Both the position numbers and the translations under genes were made by a program. From Heptranchias perlo (taxonomy: Eukaryota): a stretch of DNA of 64,000 bases. Below the pieces are notes generated by a model that saw nothing but the letters and a program-made list of their open reading frames with translations, had not been told where the DNA came from and ran no database searches. Positions 51,312-62,475 of the stretch are shown in pieces (position 1 is the stretch's first letter; each line of letters begins with the position of its first letter). The stretch spans positions 6,202,001-6,266,000 of the forward strand of contig NC_090365.1 in the NCBI RefSeq assembly GCF_035084215.1, given 5' to 3'.

Positions 51312-53827
51312 TTGGGGAAATCCCCGGGGCTGGACGAGCTGACGGTGGAGTTCCTCTGGGCCTTCTGGGACGTCCTGGGTGGGGGTGGGGGGGGGGGGCG
51401 ACTACGCGCGGGTCCAGGGGGAATGTCTGGCGACCGGGGAGATGCCCCTTTCGTGGCGCAGGGCGGTCGTGGTCCTGCTGCCGAAGAAGGGGGATCTCCG
51501 CCACCTTAAAAACTCCTCAGCACGGGTTATAAGGTCTTCGCCAAGGGCAATGTCTGCTCGCCTCGGCACCGTGCTGGCCCACATGACCCACCCCGACCAG
51601 TCCTACACGGTCCCGGGCCGGAAGATCCACGATAACATCCAGCTGGTCCGGGACCTGATCCACCATTCCCAGAGGGCTGGTCTGTCGGTCGCCTTCCTTT
51701 CCCTGGATCAGGAGAAGGCGTTCGACAGGGTGGATCACGTGTACTTATTCGGGACTCTGCGCGCTTTCGGGTTCGGGTCGCGTCTCGTCGCCCGGACCCG
51801 ACTTCTGTACGCCGCCGCGGAGTGTCTGATTAAGGTTAACGGATCCTTGACGGCGCCCCCTTCGCTTCGGGAGAGGAGTGCCTCAGGGGTGCCCCATGTC
51901 CGGCCAGTTATACGCCGTCTGCGTGGAGCCTTTCCTGCGCCTCGTGCGCAAGAGGCTGTCGGGACTGGCTCTGCGCGAGCCGGAGGTGGAGGTCGTCCTT
52001 TCGGCTTACGCCGACGACGTGCTCCTCGTGGTCACGGATCCCGTTGACTTGCGGAGGATGCGCGAGTGCCAAGAGGTCTACTCTGCGGCGTCCTCCGCAA
52101 GGATCAACTGGGAGAAATGTTCCGGACTCCTGGTGGGTCAGTGGCGGGTGGACTCCCTGCCGGAGGAGCTACGGCCTTTCGCCTGGAGCACCACGCGCCT
52201 CCGGTACCTGGGAGTCTACCTTAGCCCTGCCGAGGAAGCCTGGCCGGCGAACTGGCAAGAGCTGGAGGCCAAAGTCACCGCTCGCCTGGCGCGCTGGACA
52301 GGACTGCTCCGAGTGTTATCCTACAGGGGTCGAGCGCTGGTCATAAACCAGCTGGTGGCCGCCATGTTGTGGTACCGGTTGGTCACTTTGACCCCTCCTC
52401 CTGAGTTTGTCGCCAAGATTCAGAAGAAGCTCGTTGACTTCTTCTGGGCCAAAGGGATGCACTGGGTCGCTGCCGCGGTCCTGAGTCTCCCGCTTAGGGA
52501 GGGCGGTCAGGGGCTGGTGTGCGTCCGCACCCAGGTGGCAACTTTCCGCCTTCGGACGCTGCAGCGATACCTGTACGCGGAGCGTCCTCTTAGATGGCGT
52601 GCGCCGGCGATGTATTTTTTCCGCCGGCTGCACGGCCTGAACTACGACACGCAGCTCCTGTTTATCTCGCTGCTGGGCGGCCGCAAGTCTTTGCAGGAGC
52701 TGCCTGTCTTTTACCAGGATCTGCTCAGGGTCTGGAACATGGTGGCCTCCAGCCGGTGCTCTCGCCCGTCGGGGGTAGCGGCCGTCCTGCAGGAGCCGCT
52801 GCTCGGGAATCTGTTCCTCCGCGGTGTCGGCTTCGGCCGCTCGCGGCTTACGGAGCGGATGGCCATGGCTGGTCGGGTAACCAGAGTCAGGGATGTCCTG
52901 GATGGCGGAGGGTCTGGTTGGAGCCGTGGGCGCTCGCCGCACGGAAGTCCTCGTGGCATGTCGGGGATGCGGCCGCCGCCATCCAGGCGTTGAAATCGGC
53001 GCTCGGCCCTGTCTCCACTCGGGGTGTGGAGGCGGCTCAGGCGTGCGGAGCCATCCCGTCCGATCTGACCCCCGTTCGGACGGAATTCCTCCTCGGCGCC
53101 AGACCCCGAAACCTCCCTCGGGGGGCCGCGCCTCACAACTTGAGCCGTCTCTCGGAAATCCGCTCCGTGCCTTTTCACTCCGCGCGGAGGGATTTCCTGT
53201 ACGGGCTGCTCCTGCACGCTCTCCACTTCCTCGCCCTCGTCTCTCGCCCGGACACGCCCTGGCGTACCATCCTGCCGTCCGGCGGAGGCGGGGGTCCCCA
53301 GTGGGGGGCTCTCTACTCGGGGATCCTCCCGTGTTCCATCGGGGATCTGGGGTGGAGAGCGTTGCACGGAGCAGTCGCGTCCAATAGGCGTTTACGCCAC
53401 TTCACGGACTCCCAGGCCGCCTGCAATTTCTGCGGCCTGGACGAGTCCGTGTTTCATTTGTTCACGGGGCGTGGGAGACTGCAGCCCCTGTTTGATTATT
53501 CGGAGGGGCTGCTCCTCAAGTTCCGGCTGCACTTCAGTCCCACGCTCCTGATCTTTGGCCGCCCGGTGAGGAGGGGGGTGGGGGCGGCAGGTCTTCCGTG
53601 GAATCCTCCGCGCCCGGGTGGCCCTGGAGATGGAGCACGCGGTGTCTACCGGAACGCTCGAGGCTTTCCGTGACCGGTGGGCACCACAGGGGCTGGAGTG
53701 CATCATGGACAAGGATAATAAAATTATAATTTGAACTTGTTTTGGTTTTTCTTTTGGATTTTCACACATAAACACACCCGAAACCCCTCCTTCTTATAAA
53801 AAGGAAAAAAAAGAAAAAAAAGAAAAA
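51312..53827 (+). mobile_element. Tx1-clade (L1 group) non-LTR retrotransposon, 5'-truncated, frameshifted ORF2
   Basis: ORF pieces GKSPGLDELTVEF, LLPKKGDL, HPDQSYTVPGR, SLDQEKAFDRV, QGCPMS, YADD, YLGV, and a C-terminal CNFC...HLF zinc knuckle. Stop at about 53734, A-rich tail 53797-53827, flanking 14-bp direct repeat. Confidence 0.88.
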
Positions 53828-54442
53828 CAACAACCACCACCTGCATTTGTATAGCACCTTTCACCTCTTAAAACGTCCCAAGGCACTCCACAGGAGCGAT
53901 TATCAAACAAAATTTCACATCCAGTCACATAAGGAGGTATTAGGACGGGTGACCAAAAGCTTGGTCAAAGAGGTAGGTTTTAAGGAGCGTCTTAAAGGAG
54001 GAGAGAGAGGTGGAGAGGGGCTTAGGGAGGGACTTCCAGAGCTTAGATGAAAATCGGGGATGCGCAAGAGGCCAGAATTGCAGGTGCGCAAGAGACTCCT
54101 CCCTATCTCTATAATCTTCTCCAGCCTTACAACCCTCCAAATTCTCTGCGCTCCTCCAATTCTTGCCTCTTGCGCATCCCCGATTTTTAATCGGCCTCTC
54201 CATTGGCGGCCGTGCCTTCAGCTGCCCAGGCCCCAAGCTCTGGAATTCCCTCCTTAAACCTCTCCACCTCTCTCTCCTCCTTTAAGACGCTCCTTAAAAC
54301 CTCCCTCTTTGTACAACCTGTCCTAATATCTCCTTATGTGGCCTGGTGTCAAATTTGGTTTGATAATCGCCCCTATGTGAAGCGCCTTGGAACATTTTAC
54401 TACTTTAAAGGTGCTATATAAATGCAAATTGTTGTTGTTGGT
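53826..54442. mobile_element. Two L2-type 3' ends in inverted orientation
   Basis: 53826-54085 (minus) and about 54090-54442 (plus) are reverse complements of one another in part; both end in ggtgctata.aaatgca plus a (TTG)n-like tail. Confidence 0.8.
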
Positions 54443-55147
54443 TGTAGGGCTGGCGGAGGTACTCTTTCAAAGAGCCGGCACAGGTACGACGGGTCGAATG
54501 GCCTCCTTCAGTGCTGCAAGATTCTATGATTCCAGTACTGCATTAACAGGGCTATATATTTATATGATTGGTAATACCTATACTGGTGTGATTACTAATC
54601 CATGCTATTGCAATTTATAAACTTTCATAGAATGATTGAATTTTTCAGCACAGTAGAAGGCCTTTTGGCCCATTGAGCCTGTACTGGCTCTCTGAAAGAG
54701 CTATCTACTAATTCCCATTTCCCTTCCCTTTCCCCATACCCTTTTAAATCATTTTTTTGTTTTATTGCCGTATAAACTTTCTGTGGTCTTCTATCTAACA
54801 TGTGCCAGTCATTTTCTGTTATCTCAGCTAAGTGCCGCAACAATGAGTACATGTAGACTGTTCGCCCATGGGAGGCATCACAACCAAGCCCAATCCTGTC
54901 CTTCCCCGATGCCCATTTTCTAGCAGAGGGTCACTGGTGGATCGTGCATTTATAAACAAAGTAAGGTGTTGAAAATTTTCCAGACTTCAGCCTTCCACAA
55001 TCCCACCGACCCGACATTTTGCCTTCAGAACTTGGCCTCCATTGTTTTACGCGGGTGGTGATTTTTTTTTTCTTCTTTACTTCATTCAGGTGCAGTGAGT
55101 TTAGGAAGAGTGGCCACAATTTCCCGCATGCAGAGGGAATACTAGAC

Positions 55148-56249
55148 TAGAATCATAGAATCATAGAAGTTTACAACATGGAAACAGGCCCTTCGGCCCA
55201 ACATGTCCATGTCGCCCAGTTTATACCACTAAGCTAGTCCCAATTGCCTGCACTTGGTCCATATCCCTCTATACCCATCTTACCCATGTAACTGTCCAAA
55301 TGCTTTTTAAAAGACAAAATTGTACCCGCCTCTACTACTGCCTCTGGCAGCTCGTTCCAGACACTCACCACCCTATGAGTGAAAAAATTGCCCCTCTGGA
55401 CCCTTTTGTATCTCTCCCCTCTTACCTTAAATCTATGCCCCCTCGTTATAGACTCCCCTACCTTTGGGAAAAGATTTTGACTATCTACCTTATCTATACC
55501 CCTCATTATTTTATAGATTTCTATAAGATCACCCCTAAACCTCCTACTCTCCAGGGAATAAAGTCTCAGTCTATCCAACCTCGCCCTATAAGTCAAACCA
55601 TCAAGTCCCGGTAGCATCCTAGTAAATCTTTTCTGCACTCTTTCTAGTTTAATAATATCCTTTCTATAATAGGGTGACCAGAGCTGTACACAGTATTCCA
55701 AGTGTGGCCTTACTAATGTCTTGTACAACTTCAACAAGACATCCCAACTCCTGTATTCAATGTTCTGACTAATGAAACCAAGCATGCTGAATGCCTTCTT
55801 CACCACCCTATCCACCTGTGACTCCACTTTCAAGGAGCTATGAACCTGTACTCCTAGATCTCTTTGTTCTATAACTCTCCCCAACGCCCTACCATTAACG
55901 GAGTAGGTCCTGGCCCAATTCGATCTACCAAAATGCATCACCTCACATTTATTTAAATTAAACTCCATCTGCCATTCATCGGCCCACTGGCCCAATTTAT
56001 CAAGATCCCGTTGCAATCCTAAATAACCTTCTTCACTGTCCACAATGCCACCAATCTTGGTGTCATCTGCAAACTTACTAACCATGCCTCCTAAATTCTC
56101 ATCCAAATCATTAATATAAATAACAAATAACAGCGGACCCAGCACTGATCCCTGAGGCACACCGCTGGTCACAGGCCTCCAGTTTGAAAAACAACCCTCT
56201 ACAACCACCCTCTGTCTTCTGTCGTCAATCCAATTTTGTATCCAATTGG
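55148..56249 (-). mobile_element. CR1 LINE, 3' part with an uninterrupted 324-aa RT segment
   Basis: ORF 55234-56208 contains SGVPQGSVLGPLLF, FADDTKIGG and LVRPHLEYC; octamer (TTCTATGA)n tail at 55148-55168. Confidence 0.94.
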
Positions 56250-56543
56250 TGTGCAGGGTGCCTGTCCCTTGTTGAAGTAAGTGGAATACTTAGCAGAATC
56301 TGTATATCTGCACCTGTGACTGACAAGGATGGGACACTGTAGACCTTGTGAACGTACTGATCTGTGGGAGTCCAAGCATTGCAAGTAGCAGGAACCGGTT
56401 ACCGTTCCTGAGAATATCCTACGTTTCAATAATCCTAACCTTACTATAGATTATAATTGGCTTTACAATTGCAGATTTGAGTTTGCATTATATCCAATGC
56501 CTCACACAACGTCTGCCCTGTGCAAACCCTTCATGGAAGCACC

Positions 56544-57193
56544 ATCAATAAGGCTAATGGAATACTGGCCTTTATATCTAGAGGATTAGAGTACAAGGGG
56601 GAAGTTATGCTGCAGCTATACAAAACCCTGGTTAGACCGCACCTGGAGTACTGTGAACAGTTCTGGGCACCGCACCTTCGGAAGGACATATTGGCCTTGG
56701 AGGGAGTGCAGTGTAGGTTTACTAGAATAATACCCGGACTTCAAGGGTTAAGTTACGAGGAGAGATTACACAAATTGGGGTTGTATTCTCCAGAGTTTCG
56801 AAGGTTAAGGGGTGATCTGATCGAAGTTTATAAGATATTAAGGGGAAGAGATAAGGTGGATAGAGAGAAACTATTTCTGCTGGTTGGGGATTCTAGGAGT
56901 AGGGGGCACAGTCTAAAAATTAGAGCCAGACCTTTCAGGAGCGAGATTAGAAAACATTTCTACACACAAAGGGTGGTAGAAGTTTGGAACTCTCTTCTGC
57001 GAATGGCAATTGATACTAGCTCAATTGCTAAATTTAAATCTGGGATAGATAGCTTTTTGGCAACCAAAGGTATTAAGGGATATGGGCCAAAGGCAGGTAT
57101 ATGGAGTTAGATCACAGATCAGCCATGATCTTATCAAATGGCGGAGCAGGCACGAGGGGCTGAATGACCTACTCCTGTTCCTATGTTCTTATG
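56544..57193 (+). mobile_element. CR1 LINE 3' fragment, same young subfamily as 11685-12677
   Basis: Nearly identical nucleotide and peptide sequence to 12025-12677 (KANG.LAFISRGLEYK...GIKGYGPKAGIWS*), with the same tail. Confidence 0.93.
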
Positions 57194-57389
57194 AATAGAA
57201 AGTGGGAATGACTGATTCTTTTTATTAAGCAAGTTTCTTCAAAAAAAATTGTGTTCATATAAAGGTGAGGGATGTTAGAGCTGGGGGATGGACTATTTTG
57301 CATTTCAAGAAGCCAGTGTTGGCATCAAGCACTGTGGAATCTACTGTCACTCCCACATTTCTTTTAGCCCCTCCTCAAGCTAGTTTGAC

Positions 57390-57459
57390 CAAAATCTTAC
57401 ACATTGAAACAACAAATGGGGGATATACCCCATTTGTTGTTTCAATGTGTAAGATTTTG
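57390..57459. repeat. Perfect inverted repeat, 32-bp arms, 6-nt centre
   Basis: CAAAATCTTACACATTGAAACAACAAATGGGG-gatata-CCCCATTTGTTGTTTCAATGTGTAAGATTTTG. Confidence 0.93.
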
Positions 57460-57681
57460 CACTTATCTGTATTGAATTTCCAGACTGATATCGGGAAATT
57501 CTTCTTCAGGCAGAGATAGTGGAATAAATTTCCAGATGGGGAAATGGAGGCAAAACCCTGGAATCCTTTAAGAAACAATTAGAAGCTTGCATTGAGGTGA
57601 CATCAAGATCTCTCTGGATGGATGATGGACCAAATGTCCTTTCTCATCAGTAATTTTCTGGTGATCTTGTATTTCTGAATC

Positions 57682-58299
57682 CATCTCCCCAGCACCGATC
57701 TCTGGGACACCCCACTCAGTACATCTCCCCAGGACCGATCTCTGGGACACCCCACTCAGTACATCTCCCCAGGACCGATCTCTGGGACACCCCACTCAGT
57801 ACATCTCCCCAGGACCGATCTCTGGGACACCCCATTCAGTACATCTCCCCAGGACCGATCTCTGGGACACCCCACTCAGTACATCTCCCCAGGACCGATC
57901 TCTGGGACACCCCACTCAGTACATCTCCCCAGGACCGATCTCTGGGACACCCCACTCAGTACATCTCCCCAGGACCGATCTCTGGGACACCCCACTCAGT
58001 ACATCTCCCCAGGACCGATCTCTGGGACACCCCACTCAGTCCTCTCCCCAGGACCGATCTCTGGGACACCCCACTCAGTACATCTCCCCAGGATCGATCT
58101 CTGGGACACCCCACTCAGTACATCTCCCCAGGACCGATCTCTGGGACACCCCACTCAGTACATCTCCCCAGGACCGATCTCTGGGACACCCCACTCAGTA
58201 CATCTCCCCAGGACCGATCTCTGGGACACCCCACTCAGTATATCTCCACAGGACCGATCTCTGGGACACCCCACTCAGTACACCTCCCCAGCACCGATC
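57682..58299. repeat. 40-bp minisatellite, about 15.5 copies
   Basis: Unit CATCTCCCCAGGACCGATCTCTGGGACACCCCACTCAGTA. Confidence 0.95.
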
Positions 58300-58814
58300 C
58301 CCAGAAGCGGATTGCAGGCGACACTTGGAGAGATCGCCCTCCTCCCAAAATGCTGAGGTCTGTCTCACATTCAGAAGGAAACTGATGCTCTAAATAGTAG
58401 AACAACTTACTGAATGGATCAAAGAATTTGAATTCAAGCAACTGTTACAATATATAGCTGGAAATTGATATAAAAATGTTTGGAGGTTTAATTTCCAGGC
58501 GTATAAATTGTGGAATGCCAGTCAGTGATGCGATGTGGTTTCGGTGAGGTCAGTGAGTTCACTTTTGGTCCTTGCGCACATTTTTTATGTAACTGGGAGT
58601 GGGAGATAAGACCACAATTTATTGGAGTGTTCCAGATAATGATACCACCCGCAAGGGCAAAGCATAAGCTTATCTCCTCTGTGTAATTACAGCCTTGTTA
58701 CTCCCTCTCCACTGCCTTTAACTGCATTTGTAAGAAATTTTACTTCAGGTTTTCATGTTTATCAAGGTGAGGCTGCGAATGGGACACTTTCCCATTTCAG
58801 GGAACAAGTGTTGA

Positions 58815-60500
58815 CATCAAACACTCTCCGTGCAGGTACAGCACGGGTTAGATACAGAGTAAAGCTCCCTCTACACTGTCCCATCAAATGCTCCCAAGGC
58901 AGGTACAGCACGGGTTAGATACAGAGTAAAGCTCCCTCTACACTGTCCCATCAAACACTCCCAGGGCAGGTACAGCATGGGTTAGATACAGAGTAAAGCT
59001 CCCTCTACACTGTCCCATCAAACAATCCCAGGGCAGGTACAGCACGGGTTAGATACAGAGTAAAGCTCCCTCTACACTGTCCCATCAAACATTCCCAGGG
59101 CAGGTACAGCACGGGTTAGATACAGAGTAAAGCTCCCTCTACACTGTCCCATCAAACACTCCCAGGGCAGGTACAGCACGGGTTCGATACAGAGTAAAGC
59201 TCCCTCTACACTGTCCCATCAAACACTCCCAGGGCAGGTACAGCACGGGTTAGATACAGAGTAAAGCTCCCTCTACACTGTCCCATCAAACACTCCCAGG
59301 GCAGGTACAGCATGGGTTAGATACAGAGTAAAGCTCCCTCTACACTGTCCCATCAAACAATCCCAGGGCAGGTACAGCACGGGTTAGATACAGAGTAAAG
59401 CTCCCTCTACACTGTCCCATCAAACATTCCCAGGGCAGGTACAGCACGGGTTAGATTCAGAGTAAAGCTCCCTCTACACTGTCCCATCAAACACTCCCAG
59501 GGCAGGTACAGCACGGGTTAGATACAGAGTAAAGCTCCCTCTACACTGTCCCATCAAACACTCCCAGGGCAGGTACAGCACGGGCTAGATACAGAGTAAA
59601 GCTCCCTCTACACTGTCCCATCAAACACTCCCAGGGCAGGTACAGCATGGGTTAGATACAGAGTAAAGCTCCCTCTACACTGTCCCATCAAACACTCCCA
59701 GGGCAGGTACAGCACGGGTTAGATTCAGAGTAAAGCTCCCTCTACACTGTCCCATCAAACACTCCCAGGGCAGGTACAGCACGGGTTAGATTCAGAGTAA
59801 AGCTCCCTCTACACTGTCCCATCAAACACTCCCAGGGCAGGTACAGCACAGGTTAGATACAGAGTAAAGCTCCCTCTACACTGTCCCATCAAACACTCCC
59901 AAGGCAGGTACAGCACAGGTTAGATACAGAGTAAAGCTCCCTCTACACTGTCCCATCAAACACTCCCAAGGCAGGTACAGCACGGGTTAGATGCAGAGTA
60001 AAGCTCCCTCTACACTGTCCCATCAAACACTCCCAGGGCTGGTACAGCACGGGTTCGATACAGAGTAAAGCTCCCTCTACACTGTCCCATCAAACACTCC
60101 CAAGGCAGGTACAGCACAGGTTAGATACAGAGTAAAGCTCCCTCTACACTGTCCCATCAAACACTCCCAGGGCAGGTACAGCACGGGTTAGATACAGAGT
60201 AAAGCTCCCTCTACACTGTTCCGTCAAACATTCCAGGGCAGGTGCATCATGGGTTAGATACAGAGCAAAGCTCCCTCTACACTGTCCCATCAAACACTCC
60301 CAGGGCAGGTACAGCATGGGTTAGATACAGAGTAAAGCTCCCTCTACACTGTCCCATCAAACACTCCCAGGGCTGGTACAGCACGGGTTCGATACAGAGT
60401 AAAGCTCCCTCTACACTGTCCCATCAAACACTCCCAAGGCAGGTACAGCACGGGTTAGATACAGAGTAAAGCTCCCTCTACACTGTCCCATCAAACACTC
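58815..60500. repeat. 67-bp tandem satellite, about 25 copies
   Basis: Unit CATCAAACACTCCCAGGGCAGGTACAGCACGGGTTAGATACAGAGTAAAGCTCCCTCTACACTGTCC, head-to-tail with no unique spacers. Confidence 0.96.
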
Positions 60501-61373
60501 TGTGGCCAATCCCCCTCAACACTCCATGGTATGTTCCTCTGTGTCCCCCACACCCAAGCTCAATGGTAGGTACCCATGCAGCCCGTAAAGGCAAAGCACT
60601 CGGATAGAAAAGGGATTTAAAAGTTAAACTTGACATCTCACCATTTCAGCTGCCGCTGTCCCCAGGTGTGGCCTCGGGAGATTCTGCGCTTTGCGAGAAT
60701 TTGTTTTTCCTGGAACGTAATCGTGGAGAAAATTGAAATCGGGGGAGAAAGGTTTTGTGTAATTTGAGCGACGAAAGTGGAAAATAACCAATTAGAAAAG
60801 AGAAAAACACAGCGGCTTTAAAACATAACCAATCAGGAGGAAGCAAATTGAGCAAAAGTTGGTGTGTGACAACGTAGGTGACAGACTCCCAAGTGACAGA
60901 TGGCAGAGATTTTATGTAAAAGATGTTGTAACTGGTGTGTATCACCTACTTTAAGGTGTGTTTGCTCTCCAGCTGATTTAATCAGTGCAGTAATTGTGCG
61001 CAGTGCCTCCTGCTGCATGTGTGAGTGACGTAGCTTACAACATGGTGCTCGACTGAAGAACATAAAGCAGATTCAGTGACCAACATGCTCCACGGACAGT
61101 GTCAAACCGTAGCCCAGTGGGAGATTTTCCGTCGGGTGCTGTATACCTGAGGCGTCAGCTCGAGATGATAAAACGGGAACACAGTTGAAAGCAGCTGGCT
61201 CCATCTGTCAGATGGGTGGCAGGGGAGAGCTGGTCTCGGTGCGAATCAGCGTTCTGCGGCCGCTCGAGTCAAGTGAAAGTGAAGAAATATAAGGAGAGAC
61301 TTGCATTTTTACACAGTGAGGCACTTCATCTCCTCTCTCCGAAACATCTCAAATCACTTCGTATAAAATCAAT

Positions 61374-61620
61374 TATAGAATCATACAGCACAGAAGGAGG
61401 CCATTCTGCCCATCGTGTCCGTGCCGGCTCTTTGAAAGAGCTATCCAATTAGCCCCACTCCCCCGCTCTTTCCCCTGTAGCCCTGCAAATTTTTCTTTTT
61501 CAAGTATTTATCCAATTCCCTTTTGAAAGTTACTATTGAATCTGCTCCCACCGCCCTTTCAGGCAGCGCGTTCCAGATCACAACAACTCGCTGCGTAAAA
61601 AAAAAATTCTCCTCATCTCC
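61374..61620 (-). mobile_element. CR1 3' fragment
   Basis: FFTQRVVVIWNALPERAVGADSIVTFKRELDKYLK plus the tail atagaatcatacagcacag. Confidence 0.85.
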
Positions 61621-62472
61621 CCCCACCACCCGGTTTGGGGAATATTTGAGGAATATTGTCTCCCCAGAGTACAGCGGTGCAGCGTCCATTTTGCACAAAG
61701 CAAGATCCCACAAGCAGCAGTGAAATGAATCACCAGCTAATCTGTTTCTGGTGGTCTCAGTTGCGGGAGGAATATTGCCTGGGTCTTGGAAGTACAGCAC
61801 TTAGATTATTAATAGAGGACGTCTCCTTTTTGCTGCACATACTGGGACAGAGCACGATTTAAGCAAATACAAAACAGATTTAAATGAGGAAGACCCTCTG
61901 GTCCAGTTGAAGGTGCTGGTCCAGAAGAGCAAGGCCGCTCCGCGTGACGAGCGGTCCTTTTATTTTTGCTTTCCAATCTGCTCTCCGGCTTCTCTCCCCT
62001 CGCCCCCCCTTCACCTGCTGGAGGTGCGACTCCAATTTTAAAACCCAAACAGCCCAAAAAAAAAGGGCACTGACTTTCTGATCATGACGTTGGATGGGCA
62101 GGAGTTCCGTTGAATTTCTTTGTAGCAACTCTGTGGTGAGCTGCACAGGATGTTGTGCGAGTTGGGCCTCCATCCAGCGCTTGCCGAGGAGGAGTAAGCC
62201 TCAGACACGGTCGCTAAACTGACATAATCCACGGGTGCCTGGAGAGTGGAGAGAGGGCAGACGCGGATCGATAAACAGTTTCGGGAGTTTGCCGTCGGAA
62301 TTTTGTTTTTTGGAGGGAAAGTTGTTTTAAAGCAATTTTTGCAGCACGCATATCTGTTATCAGGATTATTGAGGAACTGACAGCTCGAACATCCTGTCAC
62401 AAGACTAAGCGGACTGGGGTGGGGGGGTGAGTTTGAGCAACAAAGGCTGCAGAGAAGGGCTGAGGAGGAGAG

Positions 62473-62475
62473 ATG
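62473..62475 (+). CDS. GMFG: Probable ATG-only first coding exon of glia maturation factor gamma, the divergent neighbour of SAMD4B
   Basis: GAGGAGAG ATG|GTAAGT, a perfect donor right after an ATG with a purine at -3, at the end of a CpG-containing unique stretch. The gene identity is inferred from synteny and exon structure only; no GMF protein sequence is in the window. Confidence 0.5.

Noticed and set aside
52316..53775. Long antisense and alternate-frame ORFs (208, 218, 164, 127 aa)
   Set aside because: Expected in very GC-rich Tx1 sequence; no recognisable domains.
55234..56208. Domesticated or functional RT gene
   Set aside because: A 5'-truncated CR1 lacking the endonuclease and N-terminal RT motifs, with an ordinary CR1 tail; the open frame simply reflects youth.
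57682..60500. CRISPR-like arrays (40-bp and 67-bp periodic repeats)
   Set aside because: Units are contiguous with no unique spacers, there are no cas genes, and the context is vertebrate.
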